Assembly (NCBI GenBank): GCA_963816185.1
Contig: CAWFJJ010000001.1
Location: 224,001-288,000, forward strand
DNA from: Thermoanaerobaculia bacterium
GTDB taxonomy: Bacteria > Acidobacteriota > Thermoanaerobaculia > UBA5066
Reading direction: 5' to 3'
Length of the DNA stretch: 64,000 bases
Part shown: piece by piece, positions 31,501-41,736 of the stretch
Numbering within the stretch: the stretch's first letter is position 1
Layout: each line of letters begins with the position of its first letter
Made by a program: the position numbers and the translations under genes
The notes under the pieces: model-generated
Seen by the model: only the letters and a program-made list of their open reading frames with translations
What the model was told of the DNA's origin: nothing
Database searches by the model: none

Positions 31501-31743
31501 TCGATGCCCCCGCCCCCGACGAGCCTTTCCAGCCTCCGCTTTCTCGAAGGCGCGCTCTCGAGGCTGGCTTCGGCCGTGGACGGCGCGGACGCCGATCCGA
31601 CTCCGGACGCCAAAGCGGGGCTCGCCGCGCTCGAGACGACGCTCACGAAGACGCTCGCCTCGTGGGAGACGCTGAAGGCGGGGCGTCTCGCGGCGCTGAA
31701 CGCCAAGCTGCGTCAGGCCGGCGAGGCGGCCATCGGGCCGTAG
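28549..31743 (+). CDS. Secreted VPS10/BNR-repeat beta-propeller glycosyl hydrolase-like protein
   Basis: WRSIGPFRGGR, repeated S-x-D-G-G-x-T-W Asp boxes, ATHGRGLWILDD. Confidence 0.88.
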   Translation: MGKITALCLALGLAAPACNLAASEPTQSAGVIDPALFSDLRWRSIGPFRGGRVLAVAGVPGEMAHFYFGGVNGGVWETNDAGRTWRPIFDAQPVGSIGALALAPSDPKVIYVGTGEADMRSDIAQGDGMYKSVDGGKTFSHIGLGDSQQIGRILVDPRDADRVLVAALGHPYGPNTERGVFLSRDGGRIWQRVLYRDENTGAIDLAFKPGDPRVVYAALWQTRRPPWNVYPPSHGPGSGLYKSTDGGGTWTEVRGGGFPADPGRIGLAMAPSQPDRVYAIVDAGRGGLYRSDDDGATWTLTSDDPRIWGRGWYFGGIAVEPRDADVVYACNTSVYRSQDGGRTFAPIKGAPGGDDYHELWIDPEHPERRMLGVDQGALVSLNGGETWSSWYNQPTGQFYRIATDNRFPYWIYGSQQDSGAAAVPSRTTQRDGINLMQFRMVTVGGENDSLAPDPSDPDVVFGGRVAKLDLKTQQTHTLDPTLAFPGRHRSVWTLPLVFSRHNPRVLYFAHQQLFRTADSGQTWSAISPDLTREDAGAPPNLDPITAAWDGGTGGRRGVIYAIAPSRVVDRDIWVGTDDGLIWRSLDEGGHWSDITPQAVGAWSKVTMLEVSHTDRDTAWAAVDRHRLDDFAPYVYRTVDGGKSWTPSVNGIPRGSFVNAVREDPVRPGLLYAGTEKGVSISFDGGDSWQSLQLNLPVTSVRDIDVHGDDVVIATHGRGLWILDDATPLRQAEPGLGRSEPSLFTPATAVRMRPAGFTGTPLPKDEPRGENPPLGAMLDYVLDHVPAGPVTLSILDEKGDLVRRYSSTDKLPALSREERRLAPEWLKPPVVLPATPGMHRFVWPLRYPAPPALARGNTFADGVWAPPGRYIVELDADGRRVTRPLVVEPDPRVVLEPAAYGRQFELARRVERARESVAVAMKEAEGLHKQLVARAAALPAPAPPAAASRAAAARPVSPAVSLSRAMSALDAEAQALSEREEPDPRSMPPPPTSLSSLRFLEGALSRLASAVDGADADPTPDAKAGLAALETTLTKTLASWETLKAGRLAALNAKLRQAGEAAIGP

Positions 31744-31762
31744 GGCGATCGTCGAGCGATCC

Positions 31763-33445
31763 TCATGCCGCGCCGGAGTACAGGAAACGCTTGATCTTCT
31801 TCGTCGGCGTCTTCTGGAACTCCTCCGAATAGACGTCGATCTTCGCGATCGAGGCGTACGGCGGGAGGATCCGGTTCAGCGCGAGGCGGTTCCTCTCCAT
31901 CCGCAAGACGAGCTCGCGCTCGTCGAGCCGTAACTGGTCGACCCGCTCGAGGTCGGGGTAGACGAGCGCGAAGAGCTTTCCGTTCCGCTCGAGCACGAGG
32001 GATTCCCCGACGAAGGGCAGACTGTTCAGCTTCGCCTCGATCTCCTCGGGGAAGATGTTCTGTCCCGACGGACCGAGGAACATCGTCTTCGAGCGCCCGC
32101 GGATGAAGATCGACCCGTCCGCGTCCACGACGCCGAGGTCGCCCGTGTGAAGCCAGCCGTCCGCGTCGATCGCCGCCGCCGTGGCGTCGGGATTCTTGTA
32201 ATAGCCGGCCATGACGTTGACTCCCCGGACGAGGATCTCGCCCGGCACGGCCCGTGGATCGACCGAAGCGACGCGCACTTCGAGCGTATCGACCTTCCGT
32301 CCGACGTCGCCGAGCTTGTGGTCGCGCCATCCGGAGTAGCTGATGAGCGGCCCGCACTCGGTCATCCCGTAGCCGCACGTGAAGGGAAAACCGATGGTCG
32401 AGAAGAACCGCTCCACGTCGCCGTTCAGCGCGGCCCCGCCGATGACGATCTCCCGGAACCGTCCTCCGAAAACCGCGACGAGCTTTTCGCGGATCTTCCG
32501 GTAGAGGATCCGCCTGACCGGCGGGATCTTCATCAGGAGCTTCGTCGTCTCCTTCTCGAGGGCCGGTCGCAGCCTCTTCGCGTAGATCTTCTCGATCACG
32601 AGAGGCACCGACAGGATGAGCCGCGGGCGGACCTTGCCGAACGCTTCGAGAATGACCTGGGGAGAGGGTGTCTGCGCGAGAAACGTGATCGCGCAGCCGG
32701 CCGTGAAGGGGAACAGGAACTCGAAGGCGCACCCGAACGCGTGGGCGAGCGGGAGGAAGGAGACGATCGTGTCCCCCGGCTCGAGCGGCATGTTCTTCTT
32801 CGCGAAGACCACGTTCGCGAGAAGGCTCCGATGCGGGAGCATGACTCCCTTGGAGAACCCGGTCGTCCCCGACGTGTAGACGATCGCCGCGAGCTTCTCG
32901 TCCTCGACGGCGGCGATCTGGAAGCGCTCGGGGGGCTCCTGCTTGCGGCGGGTGTCCCGGGCCGGCACGAGGACGTCGGCGAGGCTTCGGGCAAGGCTCT
33001 CTTTCCGGCAATGGAGCACCCGGAAGTCCGTCAGCGAGAAGACGGCCTCGACGTCGTGCAGCTTTTCCGCGTCGAGAGGGGCGAAGAGGGCGTCCGCCGC
33101 GAACAAGAGGACGGCATCGGAGTGGTTCACGATGTGATGCACGTCGTCGGGACGGAAGTCGGGAAGGATCGGGACGACGACGGCGCCGTACGTGACGCCG
33201 GCGAGCCAGACGACCGCCCAGCTCGCGGAGTTCCGCCCGAGAAGCGCGATCTTGTCGCCGCGTCCGACGCGGCAGATCCGGAAGACCTCGTGGAGCAGCA
33301 TGATCTCGCCCGCGACCTGCCCGTAGGTGAGCTCCCGGCCTCCCCAGTCCGCGAGCGCGGGCCGCGTCCAGTTCTGTCGCACGCTCTCTCCGATGAGATC
33401 AACGAGGTTCTCCTGCGTCCGGGGCGCATCGGCTTTGGCGTTCAT
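31763..33445 (-). CDS. Long-chain fatty acid-CoA ligase (AMP-binding)
   Basis: YTSGTTGFSKG, GYGMTE, WLHTGDLG, GQNIFPEEIE. Confidence 0.92.
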   Translation of the reverse strand: MNAKADAPRTQENLVDLIGESVRQNWTRPALADWGGRELTYGQVAGEIMLLHEVFRICRVGRGDKIALLGRNSASWAVVWLAGVTYGAVVVPILPDFRPDDVHHIVNHSDAVLLFAADALFAPLDAEKLHDVEAVFSLTDFRVLHCRKESLARSLADVLVPARDTRRKQEPPERFQIAAVEDEKLAAIVYTSGTTGFSKGVMLPHRSLLANVVFAKKNMPLEPGDTIVSFLPLAHAFGCAFEFLFPFTAGCAITFLAQTPSPQVILEAFGKVRPRLILSVPLVIEKIYAKRLRPALEKETTKLLMKIPPVRRILYRKIREKLVAVFGGRFREIVIGGAALNGDVERFFSTIGFPFTCGYGMTECGPLISYSGWRDHKLGDVGRKVDTLEVRVASVDPRAVPGEILVRGVNVMAGYYKNPDATAAAIDADGWLHTGDLGVVDADGSIFIRGRSKTMFLGPSGQNIFPEEIEAKLNSLPFVGESLVLERNGKLFALVYPDLERVDQLRLDERELVLRMERNRLALNRILPPYASIAKIDVYSEEFQKTPTKKIKRFLYSGAA

Positions 33446-33580
33446 GGAAGTCTCCTGGCGATTATTGGGTCACGGCGTGCGGAGCGCGCACTGAAGCACC
33501 TGCATGGCGCTTCCGGTGCAGCGCGAAGCAGAAAGAACGGCTTCGACCCTGCGGATCGAATCAAGATATCGTCGAAGGAC

Positions 33581-34185
33581 GTGAGCGAGGCCGGCCCTCT
33601 CGTCCGAAATGTCTCGGACACCGCACTCTGGGTCGCGGTATACCGGGCCCGTGAGACGGAGCGGCCCGATGCGCTCTTCCGGGATCCTTACGCGCGCCGG
33701 CTGGCCGGCGCGCGCGGCGAAAAGATCGCCGCCTCGATGCCGTTCTCGGACAAGGCGACTTGGGCCTGGGTGGCGCGCACGGTGCTTTTCGACCAGCTCA
33801 TCGAGGAGCAGGTCCGGGGCGGCGCGGATCTCGTCGTCAACCTCGCGGCGGGGATCGACGCGAGGCCGGGGATCTCGCGGCGCCTCCGAGCTTCCGGAGC
33901 TGGGCCCTCGACATTGCGTCGCCGGGCCTCCTCAAGATGATCCAGAAAGACTCGGGAACCAAGCTCAGCGCTGCAGGCGCCGCCCTGAAGTTCGGGCCCC
34001 CAGAAGGGCCGGGATTCTTCGCGCCCCACGGCTGGAAGAGTGTCGACGTCCGCTCGCCGCTCAAGACGGCAGCGCGCCTGAAGCGGCTCGGGCTCGGGAT
34101 GCGGATCCTCGCGAAGCTGCCGGAGTCGTCGGGCCCGCAGGGCTCGCGGCCCTGGTCGGGCGTGTGCCTTCTCGAGAGGGCTTGA
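33581..34185 (+). pseudogene. LCM-type SAM-dependent methyltransferase with internal deletion and frameshift
   Basis: N-part VSDTALWVAVYRA..LAAGIDARP jumps at ~33870 into another frame encoding the C-part DLAAPPSF..WSGVCLL; the EVDLP and EGLLxYL core is missing. Confidence 0.75.
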
Positions 34186-34232
34186 ACCGACCGACGAAAC
34201 CTCCTCCCGTTCCAACCGTACAAGCACCTGGG

Positions 34233-35135
34233 ATGATCCTCGCTAGGTTCGTGCACGCGATCGGGGTCGCCTTGGCGCTCGCTGCGTTTTCGCGCCGGGC
34301 CGCCGCGGGTGAAGCACTGAAGGTCAAGAAGATCCTCTGGGTCGATGGCGTCAAGAACGCCTACCCGCGCTGGTCGAAGCACGGCACCCGGATCCTCTAC
34401 GAGTCGAACCGCACCGGGAAATGGCAGCTCTACGTGATGGACGCGGACGGATCGCACGACCGCGCGCTCACGAGCGGGGGCGCTGACAACCAGCTTCCCG
34501 ACTGGTCGCCGGACAACGCGCGGATCGCGTTCGTATCGAACCGCGACGGCAACGACGAGATCTACGTCATGCGCGAGGACGGCACCGGCGTTCGCAACCT
34601 CTCGAGCAGCCCGGCACGCGACATCCATCCCTACTGGTCACCGGACGGCGCGTGGATCCTGTTCAACTCCGACCGCGACGGCAAGACGCTTCAGCTCTAC
34701 GAGGTGCGTCCGGACGGCACGGACCTTCGACGCCTCGCCGTCAGCGAAGACGAGGAGACGTGCGCGCGCGTCTCGCCGCAGGGCGACCGCATCGTCCTCC
34801 TTGCGAACCTCAAGGCGGGACGCGACGACGTGATCCTGCGCCGACGCGACGGCTCGAACCCTTTGAACCTGACCCGCGACGCCGCGGCCGATGGCTGGCC
34901 GACCTGGACGCCCGACGGCCGGCGCATCGTGTACGCGTCGCAGCGCGGCGGCCCCTTCGCCCTGTATTCCATGAAACCGGACGGCTCCGACATCCGCCAG
35001 CTCACGTTCCCGGAGAAGCCGTCCTCCGACGCCCGACCGAGCGTCTCGCCCGACGGCCGCCATATCGTCTTCAACCGCGAGAAGGGCGAGACGATCGGCA
35101 TCTTCGTAACGGACCTGGCATTGGCGCCTCGCTAG
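34233..35135 (+). CDS. TolB-like PD40 beta-propeller protein
   Basis: Repeated P-x-WSPDG..I-x-F-x-S-x-RDG; signal-like N-terminus. Confidence 0.85.
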   Translation: MILARFVHAIGVALALAAFSRRAAAGEALKVKKILWVDGVKNAYPRWSKHGTRILYESNRTGKWQLYVMDADGSHDRALTSGGADNQLPDWSPDNARIAFVSNRDGNDEIYVMREDGTGVRNLSSSPARDIHPYWSPDGAWILFNSDRDGKTLQLYEVRPDGTDLRRLAVSEDEETCARVSPQGDRIVLLANLKAGRDDVILRRRDGSNPLNLTRDAAADGWPTWTPDGRRIVYASQRGGPFALYSMKPDGSDIRQLTFPEKPSSDARPSVSPDGRHIVFNREKGETIGIFVTDLALAPR

Positions 35136-37274
35136 CGCTTCGCCGCCAGCGGCACTCCGAGCTGCGAAAGCAGGAACGCGTCGACGTCGGTGGTGAGCGA
35201 GACGACGTCCTTCACGCCCGCGCCGATTCCGCCGTGGCCGGTGCTGCCGCTCGTGCGTAAGAGCACGGTCCCCTTCGGATCCGCCGCCTGCAGGCGCGCG
35301 ACCATTTTCCGCGACTGCATGGGGTCCACCCGGGGGTCATTCGCTCCCGTGGGCATGAGGATCGCGGGATAGCGCGTCCCGTCCTTGACGTGGTGGTAGG
35401 GCGAGTACGCGTAAAGCGCACGGAACTGTTCGGGGACTTTCACGGTGCCGAACTCCACGGTGTTGAATTGTCCGTTCGCCGACGTTTCGACGCGGAGCAT
35501 GTCGTAGATGCCGACGTGCGAAACGACGGCCCGGAACAGCTTCGGCGCCTGCGTGAGTGCCGCGCCCATCAGGAGGCCCCCATTCGAGCCGCCCTCGATC
35601 GCGAGCTTGCCGGGGTTCGTGATCTTCAGCTCGATGAGCCGGCGCGCGCAGGCGAGGAAGTCGTCGAAGACGTTCTGCTTCTTCGTGAGGCGGCCCGCGT
35701 CGTGCCATTCCTGGCCGAACTCGCCGCCTCCGCGCAGGATCGCGAAGACCTGAACGACGCCCCGTTCCGTGTAGACGTGCGCGAGGTCGCTGTAACGGGG
35801 CGTCTGCGAGATCCCGAAGCCGCCGTACCCGGTCAGGACGACCGGGTTCCGGCCGTCCCGCTTCGTGCCTTTCGGCTGAAGGATGAACATGGGGACGCGC
35901 GTGCCGTCCTTCGAGAGCGCGCTCTCCTCGAGGACCTCGGCGTCCGAGAAGTCCACGACGGGCGGCCGGCCCACGACCGTCCGCGTCGAGACCTTCTTCG
36001 CCGGGTCGAAGACGTAACCCCGGGACGGCTCGAGGAAGCTCGAGACGCCGTAGAACACCCGATTGCCGTCCAGCGGTTGCAGAGAGAACGCGGCGGAAAC
36101 CGCCGGGGTCGGCAGCTCCTCGACGAGGTTGCCGGCGAGGTCGTACGCGCGGACGCGGCTCTTCCCGCCGAGCGCCTCGATCGCGTAAAGGCGCGACCGA
36201 CCGGGCGCGATCGCCTCGATCACCGCCGGCGCGCTGGTCCAGCACGACGTGCGCCGCGGCCAGCGTCGGGTTGCCGGCGGGGATCCTCAGGACGCGCCGG
36301 CGCGGGGCGCCTTTCTTCGAGATCGCCCAGATCGAGCCGTCCGGGCCGAAGCGCGCGTCGATGAGGCCGTCGGCGAACGTGCTCACGCTTTGCCAGCTCG
36401 CGGCGCCTTCCGGGAGGACGTAGAGCGCGTAGTCGCCGCTGTCGCCGTTCTGGACCAGGGCGAGGTGGAGGCGTCCGTCCCTGCTCGCGCGCAGGAAGAT
36501 CTCGGCGATGCGCGGCAGGTCCTTGCCGAAGGCGTACCGGTCCTCTCCGACCGGCCGGCCGAGCTCGTGGAAATAGACTTGCTGGTGGAAGTCGAGGTCC
36601 TCCTTCGGCCGCTCGCCCTCGTGGGGATAGCGCGTGTACCAGAGGCCTTTGGAATCCGCGGTCCAGGCGACGCTTCCTCCGGCCGTGCCCACCTGTACCC
36701 GCGGGATCTCGTCGCCGGTCTCCCTGCCCGTCGCGACGTCGTAGACGTGAAGCGTGCCCGACTCGCTTCCGCCCTCCGAGAGGGAGACGGCGAGCTTGCT
36801 GCCGTCGGGCGAGGGGACGAACCAGTCGAATGCCGTGTGGCCGGTCGGATCGATGACGTTCGGGTCGACGATCGCTTGCATCCCGTCGGTGCTCGTGAGC
36901 GACGGCAGGAGGACGATCCACGCCTGCTGTTTCCTGGCGGGATCGAAGCACACGGCGAAGGTCTTGCCGCCCCGCACGACGGGACCGCCGATGGAGGGCG
37001 GGCGCGTCGTGACGAGATGCTCGATCCGCGCACTCAGCGCCGCCCGGCCGGGCAGGCGGTCCAGGAACGCACGCGTGCGAGCGTTCTGAGCCTCGCTCCA
37101 CGCCTTGACCTTCGGATCGGTTCCGGTCTCGAGCCAGCGGTAGTCGTCCACGACGCGGACGCCGTAGTACGTGTCCGTCACGGGGATCTTCGGCGTGCCG
37201 GAAGGCGTCGCGGCGACGAGCGGGGCCGCGCAAAGGAGCGAAGCCGCGAGGACGGCATGGGCTGCGTATTTCAT
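35132..37274 (-). CDS. Prolyl oligopeptidase (S9A), frameshifted near 36228
   Basis: VVDDYRWLE N-terminus; GYGGF, RGGGEFG, GGSNGG, DPRV, GHG in the second frame. Confidence 0.88.
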
Positions 37275-37380
37275 TGCCGAGCATCGTATCGGAGTCATGG
37301 CCGGGAATAACTCGTGGCCTCGCGAGGTCTTTTCTTCAAAGCCGGCGGATCCTCCGGCCGGCGGAAAGGATACAAAGATC

Positions 37381-37867
37381 ATGAGCAAAAACGGTTCGTC
37401 GGGGAGAGCTCTCATCGCCTTCGCGCTCGCGGCGGCGTGCGCATCCGCGGTTCCGGCCGCAGCCGCGAAGATCATCGTTTTGGACCGGAGCCTTCCGCCC
37501 GAAGTGAAGGTCACCGGCACGAGCTTCGACGTCGACGAAAAGCTCGGGCGGGCGCGTCTTGCGGTCGACCTTTACGACCAGTCGTTCGAGGGAAGTTTCT
37601 CTCTCCGAGTCGGTCGCCGTTCCCGGGCTCACGTTCGACCGCCAGCGCCGGGAGGTGCGGTACGAGAGCGGTGGCTCGGTCGTGACGTGCGCCCGGAGCA
37701 AGAATTTCCTGTGGGGGAAGACCTATCCGGACACAGGCGCCTGCCGGATCACCGTGCGGAGCGAGCCACGGGTCGCGGACACCGGCGCCGGAGCGCGCCC
37801 GATGACGGGGTGGGTCGTCGAGCTCGCGACGAACGAACCGACGAGATCAGCCGGGCTGAAGCGCTGA
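37381..37867 (+). CDS. Secreted hypothetical protein, frameshift near 37600
   Basis: Signal peptide (..AVPAAAA); continues in frame 37559..37867. Confidence 0.55.
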
Positions 37868-37874
37868 GAAGGAC

Positions 37875-38288
37875 CTACTTGGCCGGCGTCGTGAGCGGCT
37901 TGCCTTTCTCGGCGACGAACACGGCGGCCAATTTCGCCGTGACGCTGCCCTTGTTGATTGCCTGGTGAATCTGGCCCGGCTTGATATGGAAGACGTCGCC
38001 GGCTTTCAGCGTCACCGTGGGATTGCCTTCCGTCTCGAGCGAGATCGTGCCTTCCTGCACGAACGCGTAGACCTCGGCGGGGTGACTGTGTCGCCCTTCT
38101 GCCGAACCGGGAGGCAATTCCACGAGGGCCATGACGGCCTCGTGGCCCGGAATGGTCATGTCCTGCTTCATGACGATGTTTCGTTTGACCTGGGGAGGTT
38201 GCTGGGCGTTGAGCGCCTGGCCGCCGGCCAATCCAATGAGGGCGACGACCAATGAGATTCCGACGATCTTCGAGCTCCGGGTGTTCAT
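37875..38288 (-). CDS. Secreted cupin-domain protein
   Basis: GRHSHPAE..G-D-V-F-H-I..IH cupin motifs; AAGGAG RBS. Confidence 0.85.
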   Translation of the reverse strand: MNTRSSKIVGISLVVALIGLAGGQALNAQQPPQVKRNIVMKQDMTIPGHEAVMALVELPPGSAEGRHSHPAEVYAFVQEGTISLETEGNPTVTLKAGDVFHIKPGQIHQAINKGSVTAKLAAVFVAEKGKPLTTPAK

Positions 38289-38378
38289 GACGTCTCCTTC
38301 TTGTCCTGAAAACGGCTTCGACTCACGGTTGCGTCTCGGGAGGGGGCGAATGCTACGGGATGGCATGCCAAGAGTAAA

Positions 38379-39290
38379 TCAAGGCGGCAAGGTGCGGTCG
38401 AGGAATTCGGCGGCGACGTCGGCTGGCCGCCGGTGCTGCCCGACGACGAGGTTGTTGAGCTTTTGCATCACCTCCGTCGCAATCTTGCCGCACAGCTCCT
38501 CGAGCGCCGCGCGAGCCTTCGGCTCCTTCGTAAAGAGGCTTTCGTTGACGACGAAGGCCGCCTCGTAAGGTGGAAAGTACTTTCGGTCGTCTTCGAGCAC
38601 CTTGAAATCGCGCTCCGCGAGAATGCCGTCCGTGGAATTCCCGGCCACGAGGTCGACCTGACCTCCTTGGAGCGCGGTATAGAGGAGGCCGAGGTCCATG
38701 GTCTTCGGCGCCCCTTCGAGGGGCAGAGCGTAGGTCTTCTGGAGGCCGGCGAGGCCGTCCGGGCGGTTCAGGAACTCGTATCCCACGCCGAGCACCCAGG
38801 GTTTCTTCCGTTGCGCGGCCTGACTCAGCGTCGCGATTCCCAGAGAACGCGCGTCGGCGCCGCGGATGACCATCGCGAACGTGTCGTCGAAGCCGAGCGG
38901 GGGAAGCCAGACGAGCTTCCAGCGCGAGCGATATTCCTTCGCGACGGTGTCGTAGACGGCCTTCGGGTCGGTCGCGGCGGGGAGCTTCAGGATCGCCGTG
39001 AGGGCGGTGCCCGTGTACTCCGGATAGAGATCGATCTCTCCCGCGACGAGCGCCTCGTGCGCGAGCAGCGTCCCGCCGATGTCGAGCTTGCGCGCCACGC
39101 GGATCCCAAGCCGCCTCTCGAGCTGCTGCGCGGCGATCTCGCCGAGGATCTCCTGCTCGGTGAAGTTCTTCGATCCGACGACGAGCGTGCGAGAGCGCGC
39201 GCAACCCGTCAGGCTCGCGCTCGCGAACGTCGCGGCGAGCGCGACCGAGAGTCCGGCCGTTAGGGTCGCGCGAAAAGCCGCTCGATCCAT
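38379..39290 (-). CDS. Glycine betaine/choline ABC substrate-binding lipoprotein (OpuC/OsmF-like)
   Basis: LTGC lipobox, VGSKNFTEQ, YPEYTGT, FPPY. Confidence 0.92.
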   Translation of the reverse strand: MDRAAFRATLTAGLSVALAATFASASLTGCARSRTLVVGSKNFTEQEILGEIAAQQLERRLGIRVARKLDIGGTLLAHEALVAGEIDLYPEYTGTALTAILKLPAATDPKAVYDTVAKEYRSRWKLVWLPPLGFDDTFAMVIRGADARSLGIATLSQAAQRKKPWVLGVGYEFLNRPDGLAGLQKTYALPLEGAPKTMDLGLLYTALQGGQVDLVAGNSTDGILAERDFKVLEDDRKYFPPYEAAFVVNESLFTKEPKARAALEELCGKIATEVMQKLNNLVVGQHRRPADVAAEFLDRTLPP

Positions 39291-39877
39291 CCGAGACCTC
39301 CGTCGGCAAGAAGTGCCAGTAGCGCCGCGGGCACCGCTCCCGCGAGTATCTGCGAAGAGTCGACCGAGGCGAGACCGCGGAAGATGAAGACGCCGAGGCC
39401 GCCGCCGCCGATGGCCGCCGCGATCGTGGCCGTGCCGATCGTCGTGACGGTGGCGACGCGCACCCCGGCGAGGATCGTCGGGGCGGCGAGCGGCAGCTCG
39501 ACTTGAAAGAGCCGCTGCCGGTCGGTCATCCCCATCGCGACGGCGGACTCCACGACGGCGGGGTCGACGCCGAGGATTCCCGTCAGCGTGTTGCGCAGGA
39601 TGGGGAGGAGCGCGTAGAGGACGAGCGCGACGATCGCCGTCCTCTTGCCGATGCCTCCGATGAAGGGAAGGGGAATGAGAAAGCCGAAGAGGGCGAGGCT
39701 CGGGATCGTCTGGACGACGTTCGTGAATCCGAGGACCGCGGAGCGAAAGGCCGCTCTCCGGGTGAGGAAGATACCCGCCGGAATGCCGATGAAAGACGCG
39801 CTCGAAAGCGCGACGGCGACGAGGACGATGTGCTCGAGAGTCAGAGACGCGATCTCGTGGAGGAGCGAAGCCGGCAT
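39260..39877 (-). CDS. Osmoprotectant ABC permease
   Basis: QTIPSLALFG, LYALLPILRNT, VELPLA, GGGGLG. Confidence 0.92.
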   Translation of the reverse strand: MPASLLHEIASLTLEHIVLVAVALSSASFIGIPAGIFLTRRAAFRSAVLGFTNVVQTIPSLALFGFLIPLPFIGGIGKRTAIVALVLYALLPILRNTLTGILGVDPAVVESAVAMGMTDRQRLFQVELPLAAPTILAGVRVATVTTIGTATIAAAIGGGGLGVFIFRGLASVDSSQILAGAVPAALLALLADGGLGWIERLFARP

Positions 39878-40620
39878 CAGGCCTCCGGAAGGTCCTCGAG
39901 CGCCGCGAGAAAGAATCGCGCCTCGCCGCTCTTGGCGGCGAGGAACTCGCGAGGCGTCGCCACGACCTCGAGCCGCCCTTCGTGCAAGAGCGCGATCCGC
40001 GTTGCGAGCGCGAGCGCTTCGCGGACGTCGTGGGTGACGAAAAGCGAGGTCTTCGTCCAGGTGCTCCGAAGCGTCCGGAACTCGCGCTGGAGGTCGCGGC
40101 GCGTCACGGGATCGAGCGCGCCGAACGGCTCGTCCATGAGAAGGACCGACGGCTCCGCGGCGAGCGCACGCGCCACACCGACACGCTGCCTCTGCCCTCC
40201 CGACAGCTCTCGCGGATATCGCGACCGGAACTCGGCGGGCGGAAGGCCGACGCGGGAGAGGAGCTCGTCGACGCGCGCGTCGATCCGGCCGCGCTCCCAC
40301 CCCAGGAGCTCCGGCACGACGGCGACGTTCCGGGACACCGTGTAATGCGGAAAGAGCCCCGCCTCCTGGATCACGTAGCCGATCCGGCGCCTGAGGAGAA
40401 TCGGGTCCCACTTTCGCGTGGGCTTCCCCTCGACGAAAACGTCGCCGAAATCCGGCGCGAGAAGCGCGTTCACCATTTTCAGAGCGGTGGTCTTTCCCGA
40501 GCCGCTCCGGCCGAGGAGAACAAGAGTCTCTCCCGCCGCGACCTCGAGATCGAAATGACGAAGGACCCCTTTCCCGCGAATGCCGTACGAGACATCCCGG
40601 AAGGCGATCACCGGCTCCAT
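39877..40620 (-). CDS. Osmoprotectant ABC ATPase
   Basis: GRSGSGKT, LSGGQRQR, LLMDEPFGALD. Confidence 0.93.
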   Translation of the reverse strand: MEPVIAFRDVSYGIRGKGVLRHFDLEVAAGETLVLLGRSGSGKTTALKMVNALLAPDFGDVFVEGKPTRKWDPILLRRRIGYVIQEAGLFPHYTVSRNVAVVPELLGWERGRIDARVDELLSRVGLPPAEFRSRYPRELSGGQRQRVGVARALAAEPSVLLMDEPFGALDPVTRRDLQREFRTLRSTWTKTSLFVTHDVREALALATRIALLHEGRLEVVATPREFLAAKSGEARFFLAALEDLPEA

Positions 40621-40708
40621 TCGAAGTCAGTATATCGGCGGCGCGTGGCTCGCTCCTTGCTCGGAGGACGCCGGGGGAGGCTCACCCGAGCCTTTTTGGA
40701 GGACTTAC

Positions 40709-41161
40709 ATGAAAGTGAAGGACATCATGACGGGCAGCCCTACGTTCTGCACGACCCGGACGGGGCTCGAAGAGGTCGCAAGGCTCCTTACCGAGCACGA
40801 CTGCGGCGCGATGCCGGTCGTCGATGACGACGCGTTTCCGAGGCCCATCGGAATCGTGACGGACCGCGACATCGTCTGTCGCGTCGTCGCCGCCGGAGAA
40901 GACCCGAGCCTTCTGACGGCGGGCGACTGCATGTCGAGTCCGGTGGTCACCGTCAACCCCGTGACCCGCCTCGACGTCTGCTGCGAGCTCATGGAGAGGA
41001 ACAAGATCCGGCGCCTCGTCGTCGTGGACGAGGACGGCTTCTGCTGCGGCATCGTTTCGCAGGCCGACATTGCGCGGCGTGCGACCGAAAAGACGGCCGA
41101 GGTGCTCAAGGAGCTTTCGCAGCCGACGCACGGCGCGTCGTCGGTCGCCGCGAGCATGTGA
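40709..41161 (+). CDS. CBS-domain protein
   Basis: GIVTDRDI, IRRLVVVD..GIVSQAD; GGAGG RBS. Confidence 0.9.
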   Translation: MKVKDIMTGSPTFCTTRTGLEEVARLLTEHDCGAMPVVDDDAFPRPIGIVTDRDIVCRVVAAGEDPSLLTAGDCMSSPVVTVNPVTRLDVCCELMERNKIRRLVVVDEDGFCCGIVSQADIARRATEKTAEVLKELSQPTHGASSVAASM

Positions 41162-41176
41162 GGCGGCGAGCGAGCG

Positions 41177-41668
41177 TCAGCCGATGCGCGGGCTGCGCCG
41201 CTCCATGAGGACGACGTCGCACCACGCGTCGCCGAGCTTTCCGAGGCGCTCGCGCGTGCCCACGACGCGGAAGCCGCACGCGACGTGGAGGCGGATGCTG
41301 GGTGTGTTGGCCGTTAGGATCCCGGCCTGAAGCGTCCAGAGGCCGCACGCCTCCGAGGCGCGGACGAGCTCCGTGAGGAGGCGCGCGCCGACGCCTCGCC
41401 CACGAAAGGCTTCGGCGACGAAGATGCTCTCTTCCGCGACGCCCGCGTACACGCGCCGGCTCGAGACGGGGCTCAGCGCGGTCCATCCCGCCATCGTGCC
41501 CCCCGAGACCGCCTTCAGCCGTGGCTTCGCGAGGTGCCCCGCGTCCCACTTCTCCCAGGACGGCGCCTCCGTCTCGAACGTCGCGACTCCGGTCGCGATG
41601 CCCTCGAGGTAGATCGACCGGACCTCGGGCCAGTCGGCTTCAACGAACGACTCGACGGACGTATCCAT
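41177..41668 (-). CDS. GNAT N-acetyltransferase (phosphinothricin acetyltransferase/YncA-like)
   Basis: ATFETEAP, RGRGVG, NTPSIRLH..GF, WCDVVLME. Confidence 0.88.
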   Translation of the reverse strand: MDTSVESFVEADWPEVRSIYLEGIATGVATFETEAPSWEKWDAGHLAKPRLKAVSGGTMAGWTALSPVSSRRVYAGVAEESIFVAEAFRGRGVGARLLTELVRASEACGLWTLQAGILTANTPSIRLHVACGFRVVGTRERLGKLGDAWCDVVLMERRSPRIG

Positions 41669-41736
41669 CTCGCGCCGAGTATCTCGCACGTGGGGGACGC
41701 TAAGATCCCGGCGGCTTCGCGCTTCGAGGTGTCGCC

